A stretch of DNA of 63,484 bases, filler included, from Craspedostauros australis (Eukaryota): assembly GCA_030167865.1 (NCBI GenBank). It is 8 parts of 8 records of this genome, joined end to end, with 100 filler letters (N's around TTAATTAATTAA, not from the genome) between each part and the next. Parts side by side here need not be neighbours in the genome. Positions count along the whole stretch, not along the records: positions 38,805 to 56,903 come from JALAGF010001836.1; positions 57,004 to 63,484 come from JALAGF010001837.1; 6 more parts are not named here. One strand, 5' to 3'. Positions 44,273 to 57,341 of this stretch are shown here, one piece after another (within the stretch, counting starts at the first letter, position 1; the number at the start of each line of letters is the position of its first letter). Position numbers and translations under genes: made by a program. The notes beneath the pieces are model-generated. The model ran no database searches and was not told where the DNA came from. It was given only the letters and a program-made list of their open reading frames with translations.

Positions 44273-45840
44273 TGGCGTCCTGTGAGTGCGCTGCGGCAGG
44301 GGATATTGAATTACTTTAATCGAATGGATTGAAATGAAATGGATTGAGTTAGACCATGGTTGATCAGCAACCCTGCTGATGCAACGATCGAGCTCTCCCT
44401 TCCGCAACAACAATAGAATAGAGACCGCCCTCACCAATAAATACAGAGCGAAGTCTGCACCTGCTCGGAGGTTGGAATCCTGTCTCTTCTTTTTGTTGTC
44501 GCGTATCTGTTGCTTGCATGTGTGGTTCTTGTGAGGTCTGGAATGATCATTCTCGATACATCCGACCACGACACCTGCGAAAACTCGTTGGGGGATGAAC
44601 GACAAAACGAGATGACATCGCCTTGTCCCGCACAGAGAGAAAGATAAAATGACTCCCCTGCGATCATCAACAACTTCAACAATGGCAATAAACTGAAGAC
44701 AGCGTGAATGATTGACACATCATCCATGGGCATTACCACAAAACCGTCATCGTCGTGGGTGGGACCGTTTGCGCGGGTGTGAGCTGTGTGTGAAGGGTGG
44801 TACTCGCAGAGCGTGACTGGCTGCAACACACATGTTGTTGCCGTTGGATGGATTGTGAAGGCGGAGACGAGTTGACGTTGCGGAAGGAACATCACGCCCA
44901 GAACGGCACCATTCATCACATCTCTGTTGGCTTGTGTGACCTCGCTTCCTTCAATTTCTTCCACGATCCTTGGTTCGAGATAGACAATGCCACACGGTGC
45001 GAATAGCTCGCGCTGATGCTCGCGGAATGAACGAAGAAGACAGGGCAACCAATAGCGAAGGCAAAGGAGACAGAGGGATGCAGACTCCACAGGACCAACG
45101 ACCAGAGATACGACCAGAGATACGATCAGAGTCAAGCACAGAGACAAAGAGAAGAGTATCTTTGGTACACAGCTCGTAGGTCCTCTACTATCTGCACCAT
45201 CCAAACTTTCGCCAATCGAGAGGCTTAAGAGAACAGAGACACAACACGAGAGTCTTGGGGGAGTGAAGTGGCGTTCTGATTTCTGACCGACGGAACGAGA
45301 ACCTCTGAATGGTTCCGCAAGTAATAGACTCCAGCAGGCAACAACAGACAACAACCGAAGTCAGCGGCAAAAACACAAGCAGAAGCACCAAGCAGAGTAG
45401 CAAGAGTCGATCATTGGGAAGCCTCCACAACACACATCATATCACATCACATCAGCAGCCGGGAACAATCCATAAGTTGCCGACCTCCGAGAGCAGCCAC
45501 AACTTCCATCGGAGTCTCTCGCTGAGTTGCTATCATCGTCACTTGCACAAAGACTGCAAAGGTTGTATAATAGAATAGATCCAATCACCGCCTCAGTCTC
45601 GACTCAAGGTCCCAAGCCAAGCCTCAACCCAAGGCCTTCGCGCCAAACCAGACAAGCTTGTATTCTACCTCCCGTCACAATAAATACAACGCTGCGAAGC
45701 GTCTGAAATCCGAAGGATCGCTTGACACGCTCTTCCTCTTCACATCCTCCGGCCATCGCTGCCACAAACGCCCACTAGCCACGTCTCCTCTCTATCCCTC
45801 CGTTCCTCTGCGTCAATCTCTCAACGGGATCCAACGGACC

Positions 45841-48800
45841 ATGAAGGCGATGCTGTCCCAGATCAATGAAAACAACCGGCCTGCCCACCCAACCCTCGAT
45901 CCATCGTCTGTCTCCATCAAGGCGGTAGCGCCATCACCATCGACGAAAGCGCAAGGCACCGCCAAGACGACGGCCGAGCAGAAGGAATCAGACCTGCAAT
46001 CGTCCCACATGGACAAGTCCACGCACCACGGCTCGACCTGCCCGCTGCACCACATGTCATCGTGCTCGCGGCAGACGCTGCATGACGCAACCACGTTGGA
46101 CGTGCTCAATCTCATCCCGGCGCCGCTCTGGGTCTTCGACGTGCAATGCAAGCACATGTGGTGGGCCAATGCGACGGCCTGCAACTTCTGGTCCTCGCCG
46201 TCGCTGCCGCAGCTTCTCGAACGCGATTTTGCCACCGACATGTCCGAATCCACCTTCAAGCACTTCATGGCCGTCATCCGCAGGTTTCAGGAAGATCCGC
46301 ATCATGTGCACAAGACGACGGTGCGTATCGTTTCATGCTTGTTGGCGATGTTGTGGAATGTCTCTGGATAGAGGCTGTAGTTCCGCTCTGCAGTTTCGTC
46401 GTGCATTTGTCTTCGTGTTGCCATTGCTATTGACATATTTGCACGTGCTGCACTGTACTGCGCTGCACTGCACTGCACGACATGAGTACCATAGCTCGTA
46501 CTCACCTATTCCATCCAACTCGATCTATCCATACAATCTGTGCAATCTATGCAATTCATCTCACTCTAACTCTCACTCTCACTCTATTCCTTCGTTTGCA
46601 GTGGACGTTCCATCCTAACTTTGGCAAGGACGGACCGAAAACATGCGACTTGGTTTGCACAGCTATCCGTGTCACCCACGCTTCAAAGCTTTCACACGAG
46701 CAGCAGCAGCAACAGCAACAGCAACCAACGGAAGAGCAAAAGACAAAGGGACACCTCTGCATGCTGGTCTACGTCCCGCGCTCACGCGATGTCGGCACCA
46801 ACATGGAGGAAAAGTCGACGCGGTCCTTGCTGTCCACCGTGGATCATTCCACCACATCCTCCTTCGAGACCACCGCATCCGAGGCGGCCTGGAATATCCG
46901 CCGCATGGAGACCTTGCGGCATCTGCCCGTGGTGGCGCGCCAATTCGATGCGAAAAGCGGCATGCTGCTAGATCAGAATCCGGAGGCCAATGACCTGTTC
47001 GGCATCGACCGCGAACATCGGGATAGCGAGCACGGTGACTATGCGAATAAAATCGATGCCATGCCCAATCTCACGGAGACCTTGAATTCGAACATGGACA
47101 GTCGTCACCGCAGCAGGCATGAGAGAAGGACGGCAGCTTGCAAGCGAAAGGCAGCAGCGGCGGCGGCAGCGGCGGCCGACAAACCTTTCTCGCGCGATCC
47201 GTCGTCTGCGCATGATCCGAATGCCGCGGCGAAAATTCCGATCGCAGCTGGAGCTGCAAGCGCCGATGCATCAGCCAAACCTCAGACTATTCCATCGTCG
47301 TCAACAAACGAACCGTCCAAATCGAACGATGATCACAATGGGAAGCATCGCAAGGTGAGGCGTTCTATCAGCGGCGAGGTCGCATTATTATCACGACCCA
47401 GCATGGGGATGTTGCCATCGCAGGCGCCGCTGTCATCGTCTGGACACGGAGCGTCACAATCGAAGCGGCCCTTTTCAGATCGACGCAAGCCACCAGAGAG
47501 GCGGCATTCCTTCCTGCAGGAACTGCGTCGGCATGCGACGTCCACAGCCATGGACGGCGCTGCGGCGTTGCTCAGCACTGATCCACCAAGATCACCATCC
47601 AGGCTATCCACGGCACCCCCGCGGGCGACGGCGTTTGCTGCGAGGAATATCCATCTGCAAAACGAAAGCAACAAGCATGCCATCAAGCGCATGCTGCAGC
47701 AGCGTCCAAAGATGCATCGGCAGAAATCGTCTCCACCAGCCTTCACGGGAGATCGGTCCGCGCATCTTCCACCGAAGCTTCCCATCAGAGGAGTCTCTCC
47801 CAGGCCAATACTGCGTCCATCATCCAGCGCAAGGCAGGATGACGAGCACAGTCAAAATCAAACCCTTGTTCGGAGTCGCAGTCGCAGTTGCGATGAGCCC
47901 TGTCAATCAAGTGACGATCATGCGACGTTCCAGACGAGCGATCTAGATGCACTGGATGCGACGACCATCGCAACTGCAAGTTCCGACAATGCCGACGAAT
48001 CCGATCGCACGCCATCCGACCAAGCCAAGTTTGGGGATTCCCTGGTGTCACCGTTGTCGGCGTCAGGGAGCGTGACCAAGAACATGTCCCAGTTGCACAA
48101 AATCGACAAACTGCGGCAGAGCGCGGCGATCGCTCATGACGAGACCGATGGCACCAACGCTTCGAATTCTCACACATTCGATCACAGCAAGGAGACGGAC
48201 TCGGGATTGTCCGATGCGGAGACAGGTCCAGCCTCGCAGCAAACGAAGGAAAAGAAGAAACAAAGACTCCCCAACATCAGGCGACGCCAGGAAAGGAAGG
48301 CACATCGAACGGCCAGTATGAACAGCGAGAGCTTGGCGTCCGTATTGCTGGGCAAGAGCCACAATGAACGAATTCGCAAGAACCCGAATGGATTGAAGCG
48401 AGAAGAGATTCCCATGGAGATCAAGACGTCGTCGTTCCATCAGATCCGGCGACGTCCCCAACGTCAATCTCAACAGTTGGCATCCTCGTCCGATCATACC
48501 GTACTTCGCAAGAACCGCAGGAGGAACCGCGATAGTCAATCTCCGCCACAACTGCTGGACGCTGCAAAACTGTCCACCTATCTTGCCAAGCACATCGGGG
48601 ATGGCTCGGATCATATCGAGAACTGCGGACAGCGTGTCTATGTCCGAAAAGAAAGTGTCGATACTGATATCACGGATGACGATGACGATGACGACTACGA
48701 CGATGGCGTAGACACTGACGTCGACGTTGATGACGACGGATTCGCCGTGGAGGACAGCGTGCCCACGGTCCGCAGATGGCAACAGCCAGCCAAGCGGTTG

Positions 48801-51800
48801 GATTATCACCTGAAGAAGGTTGGGCAGATCCACCCGGGCAGTACCGCATTGAAGCTACCGACGACAGGATCCATCGATTCCAACATGCCTCTGTCGAGAG
48901 CATTGTCAACGCCCGCGTACAACTCTATCAGCAGTATCATTGGTGGTGAATCAAGCCAATCATCGCATCTATCGTTGCACCAGTCGTTGTCTCGTGACGG
49001 ATCAAACCACGCAGCAAACACACACCAGCGCACACCGTCCCTGACGTCATGCAAAGACCCGCTGCAGAACTTTCTGAACAGAAGGAGATTGACACGAGGG
49101 GACCGCGCGACTGCACCGAATGGTGTCGGTGATCGCCACGGCAAGCCGCATGCGGAGGGGATGGCCATTGATTCATCGACAGGCGGGGCGAAGTCCACTA
49201 ATGCAGCAGAAGCAGCAGCAGCGAATGGTGTACATGGGCAAAGTGCGCGTACACGAGAAGGACGATCAGATACTGCTGCGCATCGACGAGCTCGACACGA
49301 GGAATGGAAACACACAGGGGAGCGCTCGAATGCCAGGGATGGTGCATCCGCGTCTGTGCCCGCAGGTGTGCCGGCCAACCAGAGTGCTGGGTACAGCGTC
49401 AGCAGCGGATCAAGTTCGAAGGATTCGAGCGACGACAGTGACAAGGAGCATGATCTGCTCGATTCTGACTTTGTGAAGCAGTTCGTGGATGGCGACGAAG
49501 GCAAACGGATATTGCAAGACAGCATGATCTGGGGTCATGACATCAGCATCGAAACCCAGTTGAACACCAAGAATGGGCCCAAATGGTTCAGCATCAAGCT
49601 GCGCACGATCAATGACCCCATCACGTCCAAGCCCATCATCATCTTCAGCGCGAGGGACATTTCCTCCATCATGCAAGCTGCCAAGGAGGAGGCTGATCGC
49701 CAAAACATCCAAAAGAGCGAGTTCTGTAAGTGATAGTGCGGTTGGCTTGTGAATGATGGTTACAGCAACGTTGGTGTTGACGGCAGGCATTGTAGTTGTA
49801 TGGTGTTGTATGAGAGAAGGGGGTCACGGATTTGCTTTGACGGCTGGCGTAGCAGTTGCTGATCAATGCACGAAGCGGCAACCGAATGTCTCACATCTTG
49901 TTCTCCACCACATTCGTATTCATTGATTCCATGTCAATAACGACCCCGCAAATCAACAACGCCTTGTGGATACCATGGGTGCTGTGGATACGATGACTGC
50001 CACTGGACGATATTGCCAACACGTTCGCTATATCTGTCACATGTACAGTCGCTGTGATGGCACACGAGATTCGCACGCCGCTGCATCAGGTGGTCGGATT
50101 CATCGAACTCCTCGCATCGACATCACTGGATGGAGAGCAGACAGACTTCGTGAACATGCTGCAATCCAGCACGCATGCCTTGATGGCGATCATCAACGAT
50201 CTGCTCGATTTCACGAAACTGGAAGCAGGCAAGATGAAGCTGGAGATCATTCCGTTCGAAGTGAGGAGCGTGTTGCAGGGTTCAGTCGCTGCGGTTCTGC
50301 CACAGGCCGAAGAAAAGGGATTGAAGGTCGAATTCAACGTGAACGCAGTGGACTGCGACATCTTTGGAGAACAAAACAACCCGTTGCTTTCGATCGGTTC
50401 CGATAGCGGGCAGGTCGCAGCTGGTCGCATCCCTGTCAAGGTGCGTGGCGATCCCAATCGATTGCGACAGATCATTCTGAACATGCTGACGAATGCTGTG
50501 AAGTTCACATCTGCAGGTCACATTCGAGTGACGGCAACCCGTGTGACTCGACCAGGGAAGCGCGTGGATGCGCTGGCTGGGAACACAAGCGAAGCAGGCG
50601 GTGTTGGTGTTGGTGGCACAAACAGCAAAATTGACGACAGTGGTGGCAGGCATGGTACGCACGATGCCAGCAAGAGCCCCATGAGGAAGAAGAAAGCGAC
50701 AGCGTTGGGAGACGAGAAGGAGGGTGGTTCTTTCAAGCTTCCCGAATCGGTCATGTCGACCGATATCTACATCCGCTTTGCCGTGCAGGATACAGGGATC
50801 GGGATGACACCGGACCAGTGCGAGCGCATCTTCAATGCCTACCAGCAGGCAGATTCATCCGTGGCGCGCAAGTTTGGTGGCACAGGTTTGGGACTGGCCA
50901 TTTGCAAGTCTCTCGTGGAGGCCATGCACGGTGAGATCGGCGTTTCGTCGACAGCCGGTGTCGGAACGACATTCTGGTTCGAGTTGCCATTCCAACGTAA
51001 CCTTGCGCGAGCATCTTCCACCCAAACAGACCGATGCAGTCCGATACGCAATAATCGACAAGATACGTCCTTGCGCGCTGGCAACAATGCCGGGGATAGA
51101 AACGGCGGCGGTGCGAACAGCGGCATCGAAGCATCGGTTTCTGCTGGTCCAGCCTCCACTGGAGAGTTACCGCGGATGGTAACGACGAATGCTGACCGCA
51201 ACAAAGGCGCTTCGGTCACGCCAGGCAACAGCGAAGCCAATCATAATGGTCCTCTCGACCAACAGAAGATTGATGTTGGCCTATCGAACGGTGAACAAAT
51301 GCCGAATATCGCTGTTCACGGAACCGATCCGGCGGCGGCACCAGCAAGTTCAACCAAGGCGAGCAACGGCCAACCAGGTTCCAACGAAAGGCACAACGAT
51401 GGCACCGGCACCACCACCAGGGACAAGGAGGGTGGTAAGGGCGAACACCTGAACGTGCTGGTCGCGGAAGACAACAAGATCAACCAGAAGGTGATCGCGA
51501 ACATGTTGAAACGGCTGGGCCACGTGACGACGATCGTCGATAACGGTGAGCTGGCGGTCGAGAAGGTGTGCGCCGCCTACGACGAATATCGACGCGAACA
51601 GCAGCAGCAGCAGGGGGACGGCGCGAGGGTGTCGATGGGATATGACATCGTCCTGATGGATTGGCAGATGCCCGTGATGGATGGCATCGACGCAACGAAG
51701 GAGATTCGTTCGCGCGGCATCGATGAGAGCGAGATGCCAATTGTCGGATTGACGGCCAGCATCCAGAACATCGATTGGAAGATCATCGGGATGAATGATT

Positions 51801-51862
51801 GCCTCAAGAAACCGGTCCGGATCGTCGATCTGAAGGACTGTCTGACAAGGAACGCCGTTTGA
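45841..51862 (+). CDS. Hybrid histidine kinase (PAS-like, split PAS, HisKA, HATPase_c, REC); exons 45841-46320, 46602-49725, 50049-51862; 1805 aa
   Basis: Splicing restores KTT|WTFHP and [16 protein letters not shown] (H box). N box [18 protein letters not shown]1 DTGIGM; G2 GGTGLGLAI; receiver [27 protein letters not shown]. Confidence 0.92.
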
Positions 51863-51891
51863 TGACAGATGACAGATGACAGATGACAGAT
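51863..51891 (+). repeat. 7-bp tandem repeat (TGACAGA) x4 directly after the kinase stop codon
   Basis: Directly visible. Confidence 0.8.
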
Positions 51892-53965
51892 GTACGATGT
51901 TTAGTAAGTATCGTATGGATGATACCAGTGCGAGAACATACCTTAGGCACATTGTTAATCTTTGCCACACCATTCTATTGTGGTACGTTCGCGACGTGAC
52001 TGCTCTATTGGTGCGTGCCATTAGGTCGTATGTGTGGTGGGCACAGAGTTGGTCCTGTACTCCACCATGGATGTGCACCGCAATGCATGTCCACAGAGGT
52101 CAACATCGCCACAGACAGGGGACGATCGAAGAGGCAGCAAGGCATGGTGCATGCCCGATGTGCCAATCCGGTACTGGTCGATGGGACAGTCGATCCAACA
52201 ATACTACATATTCTACAATATTGTTTGCGCAAAGGAATGAGAAACTGAATTTGGTATCGAGATCCAAACTGTTGCGGATGGCAATTGCCGAAGACCTGCG
52301 ATTCCAAAGAAGGTGCCACCGCAGGACCGATGCAATGCGCTGCCACAATGTTGAGAATGTTCCATCCCAATGGTTGCGCTGCATGCTATTGCAGAGATAC
52401 TCCTCGGCAAACTGGGGTGCTTGCCACCTCAGCCGCTCCACTGGAGGAGGAACACGGTGCCAATTTTCCAAAGAGCGAAGCAAACGCAATGCAACGGCAG
52501 ATTGCACCTGGAGGTGTCAGATCTCCCAAACTTTGTGACAAGGCCAACGCAGCGCAGTGAACAGGCATTGATGTGGTCACGGGTGTGGTTGCATGGATGG
52601 ATGTGCGCTATACGAGCTACAGGACAGGTAGTACACTTGCGCGAGCACTCTTGCATCCAACACAGCACCCACTCACTCACTCACTCACGCACACACTGCG
52701 GAGGAAACAAAGACGTGGATGTGGACATGAACGTGATAGCACGAGCGTCTGATTTCCGAGAGGTTGGTCCAAGCCTGCTCACCACGGATACAGCCAGAGC
52801 AGACACCAAAAGACGGACACAGACTTGGAAGAGAAGAAGAAGGAGGAGGCAACGATGAAGGACATCCCATTGCGAGAAGTTCCCGCTAACTCGGAAACAA
52901 GTTGGGTGTGAACCTCCCGTGGTGGTTGCGTTTGGAGTTGTCTTGTTTCCCATGGTCGCTGCTGCTATTAGATGTTGCGTGTGACTGTTGGTTGTTGAGA
53001 AAGTCACGCGAGTCTTGTCCTTGTGCGTGGCGCCTCGCAATGTCCAAAAAGCTGCGCACACCCACATTCGTTACGTCTAATTGTACGCTGTGTGAGCAGG
53101 AGTGGAGCAACGGTACGAGCGCGGTGGAGCCATGAGTAGTTCCACGAACCACAGCCAAACGGAATGGCCTCCGCGCAAAACGTCAATCATCACTCAAGGT
53201 GTTGTGAGGTAGCGTGTATTGAAGACGCCTTGGCGCGTTATCTTGGAGGAATATTGATGCAAGAACACTGTTGTTGAAGTCATGACAGGGCTGAGTACCA
53301 CAAGGATGTCCCGCACCGGTCGAATTCTGTCATGGTTCTTGTTGACGTTCTGACGACAATGATATTTAATGCTCGGCACGATTGCGGGGCATGTTGTGCT
53401 GCACGTCTGTTTGTCATGGCTGCAGGTAGAAGCATCGGAGAAATTGTGGTAAATGGCTCCTATAAGTAAACCCCGTTTCACTCGGATGTTCTGCAAGAAG
53501 CTAAATTTCTCGAATCATGACCAACCACCAAAAGGTGTGTGTCCACAGCAACACACAATGGTGATGACCACCCCGCACCCAGTCACAGAACTTTTCGCGC
53601 CTTGTGATTTCTTTTGCGGTGGAAACAAGGGGCTTGGCAGCTGCGCAACGAAGTGTCACGCACATGCACGGAGCGTTTTGGCGCAGTTCGCGAATCTCCT
53701 TGACAACAACGACAACGACAACAACAGGCTCTTCGTGCTGCACTGCTCTGTGCTGGAGCGCTGGATTCGCTGGGTTCGTATTCGTGCCTCACTCGTTCAA
53801 ACCCTGGGCGCCGATTGCAGCAGTGACCAGCCTTTTGAGTGTCAGAGACCTCACCAACTCATAATCCACACTTCCGGTCAGACCACATCAATCCAAAGCA
53901 CTCGCGATCAATCAAAGCAAAGCAGATCCAAAGCCCAACACAGCCGAAACAAGCAATCCACAACC

Positions 53966-54700
53966 ATGAACTTCGAGTACCCACGTGAATTCACGCATCC
54001 AACTTTCGCGCCATTCGCGTCCTCAGCAGGCGCGGAGCCAAGACGGAGCCTGGATGAGCTGTACCACAATGGCGGCTGCATCCAAGCGCAGGGTCTGCGA
54101 CAGGACTTCGGCATCATGATGGATGACCGCAATTGCGGCGTGCCTCCTTCCATGCATCATGGCTACATGCATCATGGCTACATGGATCATAGTTACATGC
54201 ATCAACAGCGTCAGCTTCATCAGCAGTCCTACAACCACAACAACCACAGTCAGCAGCAGCAACAGCAGCAGATGCACAGACAAGAGGAGACGCCCTTCAT
54301 CCACTCCATCACAACACCATCTGACAGACAACCACCGCAGCAGCCAGCGGATTCCGCCGCTGCGCCTTCTTCCATCCGCCTCCGCGTGCACGTCCACGAG
54401 CAGTTCATCTCCGAACGCGCCAAGCCAACCAGCTTCCTCACGTTAGCCGAGCAACAGGAACAACAGCGCGCACAAAGCAGCAACGCCTCGCAGGACCGAG
54501 TGCTGTCCATCATCGCGCAGGCGCTCAATGTCAGCGGCGCGCTGCCCACCACGGACACGAGGCTGGAACAGACTCTGTATTCCCACGAGCAGCTGCAGCA
54601 ACATTCCAGCGACGATGCGGCGTGGGATGTGCCGCATCAGCCGCTGTCCTTCAATCGCATCGCCGACAGCCACGCGTACTTCGCAGACAAGTACGAATAG
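53966..54700 (+). CDS. Hypothetical His/Gln-rich protein (244 aa)
   Basis: accATG start after a CA-rich leader, C/G-ending codon bias, downstream AATAAA motifs. No family recognised. Confidence 0.6.
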   Translation: MNFEYPREFTHPTFAPFASSAGAEPRRSLDELYHNGGCIQAQGLRQDFGIMMDDRNCGVPPSMHHGYMHHGYMDHSYMHQQRQLHQQSYNHNNHSQQQQQQQMHRQEETPFIHSITTPSDRQPPQQPADSAAAPSSIRLRVHVHEQFISERAKPTSFLTLAEQQEQQRAQSSNASQDRVLSIIAQALNVSGALPTTDTRLEQTLYSHEQLQQHSSDDAAWDVPHQPLSFNRIADSHAYFADKYE

Positions 54701-55604
54701 AGGAGGCCGGCACAACAGTTGTTGGCAATGGAGGTGAATCCACAATTTTGAGCCTCCATCATTCCCTTGACAATCATGGCATTCCCTCTTGTCATCCAGT
54801 TTTACCATACCAATAAAGCACATTTAATAAACAGCATCTACTGAAGCATCTACTGACGCAATCCATCCATACTTTCAATCAAACAACCGAACGCACGGAC
54901 AAGGGAGGTGGAACGCAACAAAGCAATCCTCCTTTGACGTCCATCTCGAGGCATCCGATGCCGTTGCATCCACCCATGACGTGCTCGGTGCCACACAACA
55001 CAAAGATGCACACACTTCTTCCTCTCAGATCTCCGCATGACGCCGGATTCATTGTCGTACTGCTTGCTCCACTTTCTCCCATGTTTCCGTCGTTTGGAAC
55101 GAGAGCAGGATCGCATGGGATACTTTACCACTCGCATTGCGACGAACGACTGCACCATCTCTTCGGCGAGACCCAACGACGATTTCGTTGTCGCTCTACC
55201 ATAGCCTCCCAATAGCCCAGACACGGTATTGGAACGTCTGGGGCAACACACACATCATTTCTCCATCCAATTCGTCTTTCGGTGACCAAATCCTCTCGCA
55301 AGACGAATGCAATCGCAAGGGCCATCCAGGTCTAATGATTCGGAATCGCTTGGACCTTCATGTCGACGCGCAGGACGCTACCTCACGAACAGAAATGAGT
55401 GGATACGACCAGTCGTACGATGCATGTGCACAAGTTCAGTTCAGTGGCCTTCGAGGATATTTACAATTCGAGCATATCATGTCCAAGGACTCAATCGAAC
55501 TCGATACCAATGTGTCATGTGGAATACCCTCGCTACAGTTTATTAACAGGTCACACGGAAGTATGACACCATACGTGTACTCTACGACTTGAGGACGTCA
55601 AGCC

Positions 55605-56903
55605 TCAACTCAACCCCTTGCGGGCGTTCTTCAACAACGAAGTCTTCAGATCCGCCATACGCACGGGCTTCTTCAGGCAATCGTTCATGCCAATGTGACC
55701 CCAGTCGATGGATTGGATGCTCGCCGTCAGTCCCACGATCGGCAGATCACGTTCGCTCAATCCCCGTGTCCGGATCTCCTTCGTCGCATCGATGCCATCC
55801 ATCACGGGCATCTGCCAGTCCATCAGCACGATGTCGAACGGAGGTCTCTCCACGCCGCCATTGGCACCACTCGTACCATCGTTGGCGTCGGTGTTGGTGT
55901 TGTTGCCATCGAGCATGGCAATGTCATCCACATCGGTTGTTCCGAATGCCTGGGCGACAGCTTGCTCGCCATTCTCGACGATCGTCACAACATGGCCAAG
56001 TCTCTTGAGCATGTTGCGGATGACCTTCTGGTTGATCTTGTTGTCCTCCGCCACCAGGATTCGCAGCTCGTCTGTCTTGGGTTTCTTCGGAGCTGGAGCT
56101 TGAGTTGGAGCTGAAGGTTGAGGTCGTGCCTGTGGGTCTGCCGGTGGTCGTGACAAAGGTTGTGACAATGCCTGTGGTTGGTCACTCTTCACGATGACAC
56201 TATTGCTCACACCCTTCCTCGTTCCATTCCCATCTTCCCTGTCCCTATCCGTATCCCCACCTTGATCGTCATCACCGTCGTCATCGGTGTATCTTCTTGA
56301 TGCTGATCCTTGTTTCGGGACTTGTATGATCGTATGAGGATGACCAATCTGATCTGCGGATACGACCACATTCCGCACATCATGATCATCATCCAAATGG
56401 ACACCTTGAGATGGATCACGATCCGCACCATCCACATCATCCTGAGCAACAACAGCATCATCGTCACCATCGCCATTATCAATGACGTCGTCATGGATGG
56501 CATCATGGATGGCATCATGGATGACATCATCGAGACCATCCCCGACGACGCTTCCAACTGACATACCTGTTGCGGCACAACGAGTGTTCACATGCCGCTT
56601 GTATGGAATCTCGAACCAGAACGTGGTGCCCTCACCAGGCGCCGAATCCACACCGATCGCTCCTCCCATACCCTTCACCAACGACTTGCAGATCGCCAGT
56701 CCCAGACCTGTGCCACCAAAGTTGCGTGCCACAGATGCATCGGCTTGCTGGTAGGCATTGAAGATGCGTTCGCATTGATCAGGAGTCATTCCGATTCCTG
56801 TGTCGGTGACGCTGAATCGCAGCACGACCTGTTCCCTGTTGGTTTGTGGCATGGCCTTGACTCCGTTCTTGCTCTTCTTCTTGCCTGTCTTGGTGTTGTT
56901 CTT
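55605..56903 (-). CDS. Hybrid histidine kinase paralogue, C-terminal part (HATPase_c G boxes + REC); 5' end cut by spacer
   Basis: [92 protein letters not shown]. Confidence 0.92.
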   Translation of the reverse strand, partial: KNNTKTGKKKSKNGVKAMPQTNREQVVLRFSVTDTGIGMTPDQCERIFNAYQQADASVARNFGGTGLGLAICKSLVKGMGGAIGVDSAPGEGTTFWFEIPYKRHVNTRCAATGMSVGSVVGDGLDDVIHDAIHDAIHDDVIDNGDGDDDAVVAQDDVDGADRDPSQGVHLDDDHDVRNVVVSADQIGHPHTIIQVPKQGSASRRYTDDDGDDDQGGDTDRDREDGNGTRKGVSNSVIVKSDQPQALSQPLSRPPADPQARPQPSAPTQAPAPKKPKTDELRILVAEDNKINQKVIRNMLKRLGHVVTIVENGEQAVAQAFGTTDVDDIAMLDGNNTNTDANDGTSGANGGVERPPFDIVLMDWQMPVMDGIDATKEIRTRGLSERDLPIVGLTASIQSIDWGHIGMNDCLKKPVRMADLKTSLLKNARKGLS

Positions 56904-57003
56904 NNNNNNNNNNNNNNNNNNNNNNNNNNNNNNNNNNNNNNNNNNNNTTAATTAATTAANNNNNNNNNNNNNNNNNNNNNNNNNNNNNNNNNNNNNNNNN
57001 NNN
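56904..57003. other. Artificial contig-joining spacer
   Basis: 44N-TTAATTAATTAA-44N. Confidence 0.98.
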
Positions 57004-57341
57004 TATTCGACATCGTAATCGCTCTCTATCGCTCCATGCACCTCTCATTCCGAATGCTAGTTTCATCATCACTAGCATCTCAAAAAAATATCATCATCAT
57101 GACAAGGACGACTCAACATTGCTGCAAATGAAGAGAAATGATTGGCCACTGGTTTCGTTCCAACACGTGGAAGGTTGGCTTGCCGGGACTGCAATGTGAA
57201 ACTCAATTGTGTTTTTGGCTCCTAAAACGCAATCGAGTTTCACTTTCCGAGGGGGAAGTTCGCATGTTGCCCCTCTAAAAATGTCATTATCAGGTTATTT
57301 TGTACCGTGGGACTCCCAATGTGAAATGCGATAGGCCTCTA
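57004..57341 (-). mobile_element. Second copy of the 338-bp repeat (see 38805-39142)
   Basis: Identical sequence at a contig start, with a different flank after ...GGCCTCTA. Confidence 0.75.

Noticed and set aside
5085..57003. Recurring TTAATTAATTAA palindrome as a biological repeat, att site or CRISPR-like array
   Set aside because: It is always centred in exactly 44+44 Ns and gives stops in all frames, so it is an artificial linker. Cross-spacer gene neighbourhoods were not interpreted.
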